DNA of 64,000 bases, from positions 45,745 through 109,744 of the IMG/VR virus record IMGVR_UViG_3300028833_000098. One strand, written 5' to 3'. The notes beneath the pieces were generated by a model. The model did no database searches and was not told the origin of the DNA. It saw nothing but the letters and a program-made list of their open reading frames with translations. The DNA comes from a virus (Duplodnaviria; Caudoviricetes). The position numbers and the translations under genes were made by a program. Of the stretch, positions 42,155-52,125 are shown piece after piece. The stretch's first letter is position 1; each line of letters starts with the position of its first letter.

Positions 42155-42604
42155 TTAATCCTCATTGTCATTCGTTAGAATGTTCGAATATGGTGTATCG
42201 GAAGGATTATATTCAACAACAGTAACATTCTCGGGTAATGCATTGACTTCTGTTGGTGTCGGTGAATGATCGAATGTAACGATCTGAGAATCGTAACCAA
42301 GAAGCTTGAGATTACCATCAGCGCAATCCTGTTGAACAGTGACTGATGTGTATGATGTTCCACCATTATAAGGAACGACGAGATATGCTATGTCTGTATT
42401 TGGATCTATAAGCGCTTGATAACGTTTATATTCTTTTCCAGATTCATATACTTCAAAACCATTTCCGGTTCCACCGCCACCACTACCATGTTTGAGTTCC
42501 ATAAGATCTTCTGTAAGACGATGAATGATCTGCCTTTGTTGATCCACAAGATCTATTAAGCGACGGAAACACTCCTCGATATTATTTGTATTATTATCTG
42601 CCAT
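42155..42604 (-). CDS. Small virion-associated protein (coiled coil, Gly linker, YESGKEY module)
   Basis: ATG 42604 after GGAGGTG. Confidence 0.5.
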   Translation of the reverse strand: MADNNTNNIEECFRRLIDLVDQQRQIIHRLTEDLMELKHGSGGGGTGNGFEVYESGKEYKRYQALIDPNTDIAYLVVPYNGGTSYTSVTVQQDCADGNLKLLGYDSQIVTFDHSPTPTEVNALPENVTVVEYNPSDTPYSNILTNDNED

Positions 42605-42618
42605 TTTGAACACCTCCA

Positions 42619-42819
42619 TTATTGATTTTGCTCTTCAACCCATTCGTGTATCTTTTCAGCACAACGATTGAGATCTTTATTGATTTCTTCGAGATCACTA
42701 TTTATCGGGTTAAGGATATCATTAAATTTACTCACTACATATTGCCAAGGAATCAGTGCAACTGAATCCCCATTCTCAAGATCAAACAACACAGGTTGTT
42801 TTGGATCACGTGCTGCCAT
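42619..42819 (-). CDS. Small hypothetical protein
   Basis: 66 aa; SD AAAGGAG. Confidence 0.6.
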   Translation of the reverse strand: MAARDPKQPVLFDLENGDSVALIPWQYVVSKFNDILNPINSDLEEINKDLNRCAEKIHEWVEEQNQ

Positions 42820-42888
42820 ATTAACAGCTCCTTTCTTTATTAGGTTATGAAAGCGTTCGACACTATAAAAAACAAAAAAGAATATTCG

Positions 42889-42910
42889 TTGAGGGCTTGT
42901 ACGCCCTCAA
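42889..42910 (-). terminator. Intrinsic terminator
   Basis: TTGAGGGC-TTGTAC-GCCCTCAA with a minus-strand T-run. Confidence 0.75.
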
Positions 42911-43021
42911 TTATATTCTCTAAACATTTTTCATCCACCTTGCCTACGGTGGCTTTATCAATGACTCATAACTTGTCCGTTACACAATCAAAGACTTATT
43001 AGCGTTTATATTCAATTTTAA

Positions 43022-43807
43022 TTAATAAACCCGTGTATTATAATCTTCACATGAGTGCACTTCATGCAAGATATAACGGGATTTCAACAGGTTACAGTTG
43101 TAAACTTTTGCCGAAGGGTATAATTCGTTTACTTCTGTAACGGTAAGTTTTCCAGGTATCGGCCTGGGCTTCTTAAGACAAATATGATCTCCATATCCGT
43201 CGGTATAACAGTGCTTACAAGTGAAACACTGTTTCTTTATTACTCTTCTGATCAAAGGTACAGAACCGAGCTGATCAGAAGATATCTCGGATTCTATTTT
43301 ATCATTGTTGAGGACATCTTCTGCTTTTCTTATTCTGCGGAATTCCTCAACGGTCTTTGTTAAGATTTCTGTAAACAGTGCCTGAACTCCTCTGATGCCA
43401 CCGAAACATCTTATGAAGTTTTTGACGCTGTTTTTATCGAGTTCGGTTATTGGTATGACCGGAACTCGATTGTATTTCATTGTGTCGATGAGTATGCCCT
43501 GTGCATACTTTATTACGTCTTCCGGGGTGTAACCAACAACCCAGAAATTATTTTTTACCTCATCAAGATATGGCAATTCCCTTATCGATCTTACGAGGGC
43601 TTTTATAAGCCTCCTACCTGGTAACCCCAGTGAGTTAATAAATGCCATGATCTTTTTGAGATCTGTTTCACCAATCGTAAAAGTAATTGGTGTTCGAATT
43701 AAGAAACCCGAATCATGCATCGGGTTTATTGTCAGAAAATTCCTGGGAATGTTATCTGTTTTTATTCCCAATTTTTCGAAATATCTAATCTCCTTTGTTC
43801 TTTCCAT
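43022..43807 (-). CDS. Hypothetical protein with C-terminal Cys cluster (possible metal binding)
   Basis: CFTCKHC...C...C...C; SD GAGGAG; preceded by an ATATATTATT motif. Confidence 0.6.
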   Translation of the reverse strand: MERTKEIRYFEKLGIKTDNIPRNFLTINPMHDSGFLIRTPITFTIGETDLKKIMAFINSLGLPGRRLIKALVRSIRELPYLDEVKNNFWVVGYTPEDVIKYAQGILIDTMKYNRVPVIPITELDKNSVKNFIRCFGGIRGVQALFTEILTKTVEEFRRIRKAEDVLNNDKIESEISSDQLGSVPLIRRVIKKQCFTCKHCYTDGYGDHICLKKPRPIPGKLTVTEVNELYPSAKVYNCNLLKSRYILHEVHSCEDYNTRVY

Positions 43808-43901
43808 TTTCTTTAACTCCTCTTTTTATATTATTAATATGGATGATGTTCTTTATTTCATCCATATTAATAATATATATACGAAGTTAAAGTATATTAG
43901 A

Positions 43902-44099
43902 TTAGAAATCGAAGTCAGAACACTCTGCTTCGTCGTCACCTTCGTCGTTTGACATGATTTCATACATGTCATCATCGAATTCTCCAAAGTCATCGTCGTC
44001 TTCTTCATCAAGAATATCATTCTTTGATGTGTAAGCAAGATAAGCCACTAAAGCGGATACGATGGTTACTATGAATGCTATAATTGCAAACTTTTTCAT
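43902..44099 (-). CDS. Small membrane-anchored acidic protein
   Basis: N-terminal TM helix and D/E-rich tail; SD AGGAGG. Confidence 0.65.
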   Translation of the reverse strand: MKKFAIIAFIVTIVSALVAYLAYTSKNDILDEEDDDDFGEFDDDMYEIMSNDEGDDEAECSDFDF

Positions 44100-44374
44100 A
44101 CTAAATACCTCCTGACATATTTACCGAGAGCTTCAGTAAATGTGTTGTTAAATTTATCCATATGCTCACTCGTACGATTCTGCAACCAGTAAACCTCGTC
44201 GATTGTCATCAGTATTGAGAAAGCAATATGTACTTCGTCATGTTTTTCGAGAGATGAGAATTCAAATGTCAAATAGAATCTTGTAAGGAAATAATCCTTA
44301 ATCTCTCGAATGATTCTATAGTCACCGTCATGGTGATGAGACATTTTTATCATTTTCCGGATAATCATCGTCAA
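44096..44374 (-). CDS. Hypothetical protein
   Basis: 92-aa ORF overlapping both neighbours; start uncertain. Confidence 0.5.
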   Translation of the reverse strand: MTMIIRKMIKMSHHHDGDYRIIREIKDYFLTRFYLTFEFSSLEKHDEVHIAFSILMTIDEVYWLQNRTSEHMDKFNNTFTEALGKYVRRYLV

Positions 44375-45569
44375 CCTCCAATTTCTCGATGAGCTGTTCG
44401 ATAGTGTATCCTCTCATGACATCCGTTTGTAATTCAGCAAACGTTATATGTCTGCGTATATTAACAGTTCTATCAGGATATCTTTTATAATGGAACATAC
44501 AGAACTCTCTAAATGTTTCATCACATACACCTTTGACCTCTAATTGAATATCACATCTGCCGGGACGAATCAATGCCGGATCAAGATATTCCTTATGATT
44601 TGTCGTGAGAACATATATGATATTATCAGATGCATAAATGCCATCCATGCAATTTAATATCGATGATAGGTTGGCTTTTCGTTTACGCATCTCAGTATCA
44701 GTATCGGGTAAGTCGCCATTGTGGTTGTAGTAACCTCCAGAGAAGAAACAGTCAACGTCCTCTATTGCTAATACCGAATATGATTCATTGTCAGGTCTAA
44801 CTTGTAATTCTGATAATGAATCTTCAAGCCATCCAATGTCTGCACCATTGAGTACATTGTATTTGGCTTTTAAATGTTCTGCTATAGCTTGTGTAATGAC
44901 ACTTTTTCCTGTACCTGGTTCTCCATATAACAATATTCCAAAATGATATGGAATATTGTTATCGATATACCATTGCCGTTTATTTACAAAATCATCCAAT
45001 GAGTTTATTAACAATTCCTTATCTTTCTTTGGAATAAAGATGTCATCGAAAGTTCTTCTCTTTCTGATGTTTATGTCTCTAAATCCACCTCTACCACATA
45101 CATTTGCTCGATTGATTCTTCCCCATCTTTCTTTGTCCTTTTTATTATTATATGCGATCATCCTATCTATGAAAAGATTCATATTGTCTATAAACTTTTT
45201 ATGTCTGAATGTACGAAGGAAGTAGTTTCCTGTTGTTGCAGTATGATGGTTATCCGATACTGTATCAGGAATCATGTCAAGCCATATTGGTAAACCATGA
45301 TACATTCTGAGCACACTTCTATGTCTCGTCATAGGAGTTCCATTGGATGGATTAGATTTCCTCTTATGAGGTACACCATCAAAGTTCGCATAACTCAATT
45401 GATATCCTACAGATGGGAATATCTCTTCTAATGTTGTATAACCCCACATCATTTGAGTTATATTTATCGAGAAATATAAATTGTCTGTTTGGTTGTTCAA
45501 TATGTTTGTACACATATCGACACCTTTTTTGATTAATAGATTCTTTATGAATTTTTTCGGTTCATACAT
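44328..45569 (-). CDS. BCS1-like AAA+ ATPase
   Basis: WY...IPYHFGILLYGEPGTGKS (Walker A), IEDVDC (Walker B), LSSILNCMDG, TTNHKEYLDPALIRPGRCD (SRH). Confidence 0.85.
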   Translation of the reverse strand: MYEPKKFIKNLLIKKGVDMCTNILNNQTDNLYFSINITQMMWGYTTLEEIFPSVGYQLSYANFDGVPHKRKSNPSNGTPMTRHRSVLRMYHGLPIWLDMIPDTVSDNHHTATTGNYFLRTFRHKKFIDNMNLFIDRMIAYNNKKDKERWGRINRANVCGRGGFRDINIRKRRTFDDIFIPKKDKELLINSLDDFVNKRQWYIDNNIPYHFGILLYGEPGTGKSVITQAIAEHLKAKYNVLNGADIGWLEDSLSELQVRPDNESYSVLAIEDVDCFFSGGYYNHNGDLPDTDTEMRKRKANLSSILNCMDGIYASDNIIYVLTTNHKEYLDPALIRPGRCDIQLEVKGVCDETFREFCMFHYKRYPDRTVNIRRHITFAELQTDVMRGYTIEQLIEKLEVDDDYPENDKNVSSP

Positions 45570-45817
45570 TTCCTTTACCTCCATTATTTTTCATATTATT
45601 ATTTAACGAGATTAATAATATGACGATCGGTATCTAAATGGGTTCTTTTGTTCATCAAATTCCATATGGTGTGCATTTATATTTTTATATCAGATTGGTG
45701 TTTAACCGCAGAATACTTCAGATGACGAAGTATCCGGGATGTATATTTCTCCCATGGAATCACTTCCTTTCGCCGATCGTCATATAAATAATATATATTA
45801 AAAAATAAAGAATAATA

Positions 45818-45837
45818 GATGGGGCATATGCCCCATC
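45818..45837 (-). terminator. Palindromic terminator
   Basis: GATGGGGCATATGCCCCATC followed by a T-rich tract on the minus strand. Confidence 0.75.
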
Positions 45838-45843
45838 ATATAT

Positions 45844-46214
45844 TCACATTAATATTTTTATCTTTGCCTTATACCTTTCAAACAAGTCATTCAATGTTCT
45901 ACATCCTGAAGGGTATAACCAGAATAACTTTACAGAAGCATCAATTTCATATGGAGCCAATACAACAACAGTATCAGCTCGGATCGGGATTACATCATCT
46001 AATTTGGAAACCTCACCATGTTTGATAAGATCAACAAATCTATCTTCGGTTATAATTCTATCAATGAATTTTAATGATTCCTTATAGATGAATGTTTGCT
46101 TTCCTGAGAAATCGATGTACCGTTCTGTTTTCTTAACACATATAGCGGGTCATATCCTGCTTCACTCATGTGTTTGTAATATGCTTTTAATTCCTCGTCT
46201 GTCCATTCTTTCAT
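45844..46214 (-). CDS. Hypothetical protein (about 123 aa) split by a 1-nt frameshift; absent from the ORF track
   Basis: MKEWTDEELKAYYKHMSEAGYDP continues in the -1 frame as AICVKKTERYIDF...KAKIKILM*; fills the gap between the exonuclease gene and the terminator. Confidence 0.6.
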
Positions 46215-46215
46215 A

Positions 46216-47262
46216 TCACAACAACTCCATCAGATTCAGATCTCCAACTTTCAACTTCATAAAAGCATCAAGATCATATAGATCTATTAGTGACGCTTTA
46301 AGTTTCTCAACAACAGATGTTGGGATCATTCGTGTATGACTATCGATATCAATAAGCTGATATGCTTTACGCAAATAATCATGATACTTGGGATCGATGA
46401 TTGGTAATACTGAATCAATAGTTTTTGGATCTTTTGGTATATCACCACGTTCATATGCTCTTAACAGATCATTTGCAAATGACGAGATACCGAGTTGTGT
46501 TATACCAATTAATCCTCTACCAAAGTCTCCTATTACAGCATTGAGCAAAGCATAAAATACTTTGTTCTGGATGAATGTAAACATGATGTCGTTATCAATG
46601 TTTGACACTGATTGAACTATCATTGTTGGATCTGACAGCTGATGATTGAACTTTGTCAATATGACTTTTGTGTTTGGTTCAAGCATGTATGTTGTCATTA
46701 TGGGAGAGCCAGATATGATTAATCTGGCTCTTCCGTTTGTCTTATAGTCATCAATTACATTAGGTACGATGTAGTTATCCAAACTATTACAACGAATAAG
46801 ATATGAGTTAGGTACATACTTGAGAACAACTTCAACCTTTTTCATTGATTCAGTCCAATAATAATTCAACTGTGCATATCTTTCTGAATCATACTTATTT
46901 GCATATGGTGCCAGATATGATTTTATGACTTCACGTTCAGGCAGTTTTCCAAACTCGAAGTCATTTACCATTAAGAACAATCTAACCTCTTGGAACTTGT
47001 TTGAAGCCCAGTCTTTCCAATGTTTAAGAGTTGTAAGAGTGTTTTCAATTATATCACTCTCAATCTCATCTTCATTTGCGAATGGTAAAGACTGTAAGAA
47101 TTTAGATGATGATCCCAATACAGGAATAATTGTATTGAGATCTATGAAGATATCAAGCTTGGAGAAAGAGTTAACAAACTCTTCTCCAACGAATGATGAT
47201 ATCACGGCATATCTCGTTTTGAGATATTTGCCGAATATAGGTCCTACAGAGAATTTATACAT
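46216..47262 (-). CDS. 5'-3' exonuclease / T4 RNase H-like (PIN-fold) protein
   Basis: DIFIDLNT first strand; NAVIGDFGRGLIGI H3TH-like motif. Confidence 0.55.
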   Translation of the reverse strand: MYKFSVGPIFGKYLKTRYAVISSFVGEEFVNSFSKLDIFIDLNTIIPVLGSSSKFLQSLPFANEDEIESDIIENTLTTLKHWKDWASNKFQEVRLFLMVNDFEFGKLPEREVIKSYLAPYANKYDSERYAQLNYYWTESMKKVEVVLKYVPNSYLIRCNSLDNYIVPNVIDDYKTNGRARLIISGSPIMTTYMLEPNTKVILTKFNHQLSDPTMIVQSVSNIDNDIMFTFIQNKVFYALLNAVIGDFGRGLIGITQLGISSFANDLLRAYERGDIPKDPKTIDSVLPIIDPKYHDYLRKAYQLIDIDSHTRMIPTSVVEKLKASLIDLYDLDAFMKLKVGDLNLMELL

Positions 47263-47274
47263 ATCAACCCTCCA

Positions 47275-49277
47275 TTATAGATTTTCTCCTCCGAATATAA
47301 AGTCCTCAAAACTACGAGGACCAACACGGTTGATTTTGTTACGCTCATCAAATATTGCATGTAACAAATGATGACGAGTCTGCTCAAATGCAAGAGCAAC
47401 AGTAACTGATTCGTGATTAGCCAATGCTGTCTTGAGACGCATTATCTGATATTCAGGATCAGGTTTTGTCCAATTGGGACGTAGGAGTTTATTCTCAATT
47501 GAACGTACGAGATGACCAATGATGATTCTGCATGAACAGAATATATTGGTATAATACCATGTATAAGATGTGCGAGTTCAGTTACAGCATCTTCGATTGT
47601 GTTGAACTTTGTTATGTCATTCTCCAGCATCTTCATGATGTTCATATAACGTGCAGTCATCATGATGTTTACTGGGATTATCGAACATAGAACTCCTTCT
47701 CCAAGTTCAAGTACCTTGTGTGATGATATTTTGTAGTATGTTTCGTCGTTCACAAGAACTTCTTTAAATGCATCAGTTATAACATCAGGAATATGAATGG
47801 ATGCATATTTTGATACAACGATAGGGAACATATCTTTTCCGATATAGATAGTGAGATTTTCTGATATATTATCGAGATAATCTTCCTTAAAGTATATATC
47901 AAACTTTTTATCATCAGTGGGAATGAGTGTTGAATTCTCCATGATGAAGTATTTTTCATATCCATCAGAGAACTCTATCTTTTCTGAATTGGTTTTCAGA
48001 AGATGTTTAGCAGAGAGAATTTTCTGACCAACATCCTTTGTCAACAATTCTGTTGTATAGATAAAGCCACCCTCAAGGTCTCCAACCTTCAATGCCTTGG
48101 TACCATAACATACATGACAGCAGTCCTCATTCAGATTACATGTACAAGGACTTCTGAACCAGAGCTTCTTTCCGAGTAATGATGTATCTTTCTTATTAAA
48201 GATTTTATATGGACCAACATTTTTCTTTTCCTGATAATATCGTCCATCCATCATTTCAAGCATGCACTCATCAATCTCTATCGGGATAGGATTTACTGAA
48301 CCACAATCCCATACAGTTCTTGATAGAGTTCCATATGTCAGAATCCATAAGTTACGAGCAAAGTAACCTGCTGATCCCATGTATTCTTCATTCATGATGT
48401 CAGGAACACGTGCTGCAATGGCACCAGCATACATTACCGGGAGATCATGGTAACCTGCACGGAATCCATTACCGTTCATGATTACTGGTACAATGTTTTT
48501 ACCATCAGGAATCTGAGAGAAGTTTATGTACAACTCTTCCATCTGTTTAGGTTTGAGGATTGGTGTGTATTTATCAGCTAAGAAGAATGGGTTTCCTCTT
48601 TTAATCATTTCAGCTTCAAGCAATTTATACTTTTCCTTGTTGGCTTCAACGATTTCACTTGTCTGCATAGTTGGTGGATATTCTGTATTATTAATATCTC
48701 TGATGATTTTCGAATCACGATAATGATCGAGAAACAGATTCTCTGCAGTGAATACCTGCATATCAGCCATGGAGAATATCAATAATAACTCTTTAAGATC
48801 CAACGACATTCTTGACATTATTACCTGGATCTCACGTATGGTTTTTCCATATGAAGATAACGTCTCTGCTATTTTGTCTTGGATCTTAACTCTTGCCTTT
48901 TTAGACATGTAGTCTTTGAGTAAGAAGTCATTGATATCTATGTATTCCAGATAGTTGATCACTGTTCTCAAGAATACGAGACTGATCATGAATCTATTCA
49001 AAGGAAGTTCATATGTGATATCATCTTCAAGAGACTTCTTGAATTTAATGAATGTGAATTGGAGTTTGTTACCCTTGTCGTCTTTGTTGCTCCAGCAAAG
49101 TGAAGCAACATCAACGACTCTGTTGTACAAATAGTCGAAGTTATTCTTGAATCTATCGAGAAGAATAACATCGCCTAATGCTTTATAGATTTGATCAACT
49201 GAAGTGATTGAATCAAGAACCTTGAGATCTTCAAATTCCGACTCATTGACATCTGTATTGATATTATAATTTATCAT
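47275..49277 (-). CDS. Phage multisubunit RNA polymerase beta-prime C-terminal subunit (probably non-virion RNAP); frameshift near 47526
   Basis: SAGYFAR, DCGS, FRSPCTC, CCHVCYG, QKILSAKH; the -1 frame gives VHAEIIIGHLVR...SVTVALAFEQ, matching RpoC KHIEVIVRQM / SFISAASFQE. Confidence 0.85.
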
Positions 49278-49300
49278 TATATTTTCCTCCAGTCATTTCA

Positions 49301-51694
49301 TTAGTTATCGATCATGTCTTTAGTAACCTTGAAGTTCATCAACATTTCCTTACGTGCTGATATGTTCTCCTTTCCACTACCTACAAGATTACCCATAATT
49401 GTATTTACATTTGGATTATCCATGCTAACACGGAGCAGTCTTCTTGTTTTAGGATCCATGATAACTTCACGAGATGCATATGCTGGTGAAGAACCAAGTC
49501 CCTTGTATCTATCCTTTATTGTCGGATAGAATCTTTCGACATCCTCGAAGAACTTTGATAAAGTTACAGATTTCTTCCTACCAGTATTCTTTTCGGGATA
49601 TTCAACAATGAGACCATACTTCCTTATTGCATTGATATTGTATTGAAGTTGTTCTATTAAATCATCATCAATAATAACAAGATGATCATGTAAATCTATA
49701 ACAGCTTTGAGTTGATGTATCTTATGATCATACGTTATTTCAGGATATATTTTAATGATGTTTCCTAACCATTCATCTATGTTATCTTCGAATCCCTCAA
49801 CAGTATTTCCATACTTCATAAATCCTTCTGCAATAAACTCAAGAAGCTGAGGCGATGTTGAACGAGTAATACTTGTATCAGTCAAGTTTGCAAGGTAATC
49901 GAATATATCTGACACGAGATCGCCAGCAGATACCTTCTGTCTAACATCAGGAAGATAGAGTTCTATATTACCGATGGAATTTACACATGCATCAATATAT
50001 TCTGATTGTGATGCAACGAAGTATACATCCTTTCCTGCCACGAGTCTGTAGAGTGGTGGTTCAGCAATATACAACTTACCAGCTCTAACAATGTCAGGAA
50101 GGAACTTGATGAAGAATGATGAGAATCCAACACGGATATGATATCCATCAATATCAGCATCAGTTGCTATGATGATCTTATCAAATGCAAGTTTTCTTAT
50201 ATCAAATGAAGGACCGATACCACATTCAAGAACTTTAACAAGATTCAACCAGGGTTCACTCTTTAAAGCTTCTTCAAGAGTACAATCCCAAGTATTCTTT
50301 GATTTACCTCTGAAAGTTAATATCGCCTGATACTTAGCATTGCGAGCAGCCTTTAAACCACCACCTGCTGAGTTACCCTCAACAAGGAACAGTTCCTTTG
50401 GATGATCTGATTTGGCTGATGAGCATGGATAGAATGAATCAGGTTTCTGCCATGATCTGAAACCCTTAGCATCTTTAGCAACGTTACGCATCTTTTCTCC
50501 TTCAATACGTGCACGATAGTTACCATGAATTACTTCAACGATTTCACCAAGTACACCGGATGTCGAATTAGATAATTTCTTGATTACTGCTTCCTCAATT
50601 GCCTTACCAAGTTCTTCGGATACATTCGCTTGTTTAGCTTGAGCAGAGAACATATTAGCTGCATCACAAGATACACGCAGAACCATGCTCATATGACTTT
50701 CGATATCTCTCTTGAGGTTTACACCTTCGAGTTTCTTGTACTTGTTAATGAGCTTCTGTTTCATGACTTTGTTATATGCTCTCATAACACCATCAACATG
50801 TTCACCATTGTCCTTATTGTGTAACATGTTAGTCCAAGAATGAATAATATCTTCACCCTTGTACTTTTCGGGATCAGCATAAGTGATAACACATTCCATT
50901 TTGAATGTTCTTTCCTTCATCTCAGTCTCGCCTTTATCATTGACGATCTCTTCAAGGAATTTACCTTCACATTCAAACTGAAGATCATTACACATTCTTG
51001 CATCCTGAGGAATAACAACATCATGGGTTTCATCTGCAAAGAATTCCCATAACTCCTTATGTTTAACATGATCCTCAACACCATTGATTGTGTAGATCAT
51101 ATTGATTCCACGAGGCAATGTATAATTGAAATCCTGTAACCATATCTTGATCTTTTCAACAGGAAACTTGTTTGTGTGAAGTATCTTCTTTGATGGACGG
51201 AATGTTGTACGTAAACCACCACGTTTCTCGTTATATGGTTTAACTATCTCATCCACTTTCTCTCCTTCTTTATAGATCAAAGTCATCATCTTCTTTTCAG
51301 TAGGTCTGAAAGTAGTGACTTCCATATATGATGAAAGAGCAGTTATACAAGTAATACCTGAACCATTCTCACCAGCAGTGTATCCACCAGATCTTATCAT
51401 ATTAGATCCAGCCTGGTTAGTCTCCAGAAGTATTTGTAGCATGTTCGTTGGAATACCTCTACCATTATCTTCTGCAGTAACTTCTGTGTCAGTTATGGTA
51501 GCCTTGATCATGTTGCCAGGTGATTCTGCTTTAAGACATTCATCTCTGTTATTTGAGATCAACTCATTAACCAGATGAAATGCACCGGCTTCACCAATAC
51601 CGCCAATGTACATTGTTGGACGACGTCTCATTGCATCAATATCATTTTTCTTGACGTAGAAAACATCGTCTTTGATTTGATTAGCCATAGTCAT
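49301..51694 (-). CDS. Type IIA DNA topoisomerase, B subunit (GyrB/ParE-like)
   Basis: RRRPTMYIG, EDNGRGIP, LFLVEGNSAGG, FRGK, IATDADIDGYHI, RYKGLG. Confidence 0.92.
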   Translation of the reverse strand: MTMANQIKDDVFYVKKNDIDAMRRRPTMYIGGIGEAGAFHLVNELISNNRDECLKAESPGNMIKATITDTEVTAEDNGRGIPTNMLQILLETNQAGSNMIRSGGYTAGENGSGITCITALSSYMEVTTFRPTEKKMMTLIYKEGEKVDEIVKPYNEKRGGLRTTFRPSKKILHTNKFPVEKIKIWLQDFNYTLPRGINMIYTINGVEDHVKHKELWEFFADETHDVVIPQDARMCNDLQFECEGKFLEEIVNDKGETEMKERTFKMECVITYADPEKYKGEDIIHSWTNMLHNKDNGEHVDGVMRAYNKVMKQKLINKYKKLEGVNLKRDIESHMSMVLRVSCDAANMFSAQAKQANVSEELGKAIEEAVIKKLSNSTSGVLGEIVEVIHGNYRARIEGEKMRNVAKDAKGFRSWQKPDSFYPCSSAKSDHPKELFLVEGNSAGGGLKAARNAKYQAILTFRGKSKNTWDCTLEEALKSEPWLNLVKVLECGIGPSFDIRKLAFDKIIIATDADIDGYHIRVGFSSFFIKFLPDIVRAGKLYIAEPPLYRLVAGKDVYFVASQSEYIDACVNSIGNIELYLPDVRQKVSAGDLVSDIFDYLANLTDTSITRSTSPQLLEFIAEGFMKYGNTVEGFEDNIDEWLGNIIKIYPEITYDHKIHQLKAVIDLHDHLVIIDDDLIEQLQYNINAIRKYGLIVEYPEKNTGRKKSVTLSKFFEDVERFYPTIKDRYKGLGSSPAYASREVIMDPKTRRLLRVSMDNPNVNTIMGNLVGSGKENISARKEMLMNFKVTKDMIDN

Positions 51695-51882
51695 ATCTCC
51701 TCCTAAGATTAATCGTACGATACAGTTGTCCCTATATCACGCAAAAATAATATATGTCTTTCAATAGACAAAAAAGTAAGTTCGTCTATGAACTCTCTAA
51801 TATGTACACACTACTGGCATGGTGTGAACCTCCTAGAATGGACTCGGTAAGAAACATACCGGGTCAGTTATTTATATTTGTT

Positions 51883-51904
51883 TGTGGGGGCATTTGCCCC
51901 CACA
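51883..51904 (+). terminator. Intrinsic terminator
   Basis: TGTGGGGGCA-TT-TGCCCCCACA then TATTTTTT. Confidence 0.75.
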
Positions 51905-51922
51905 TATTTTTTCACATTTTTA

Positions 51923-51976
51923 CTATGCTACCGGCTATTATTTTGAGTTTCTACATATATATTATTACTATGATAA
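51923..51976 (+). promoter_or_regulatory. Putative phage early promoter element, copy B
   Basis: Same CTATGCTACC-N16-28mer arrangement as copy A. Confidence 0.7.
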
Positions 51977-52125
51977 AGAACATAGCTAATCGAATCTATG
52001 CTCTTTCTAGCCAGGCAATTAGTAGGTTGGATTGATCATCGGAGGCGTGAACCGATATTAAGGTCAATCCAACCGAAGATTGCAATAACTTTTAACTCTC
52101 CTGATGGAGAGAAAGGAGAAATAGT
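51977..52125 (+). ncRNA. Structured 5' leader with bulged-G (loop E / sarcin-ricin-like) motif
   Basis: GCAAT..AGTA-GGTTGGATTGA...TCAATCCAACC-GAA..ATTGC nested stems. Confidence 0.5.

Noticed and set aside
52095-52120. Hammerhead ribozyme suggested by CTGATG...GAAA
   Set aside because: Lacks CUGANGA and the three-stem junction; better explained as a pre-SD hairpin
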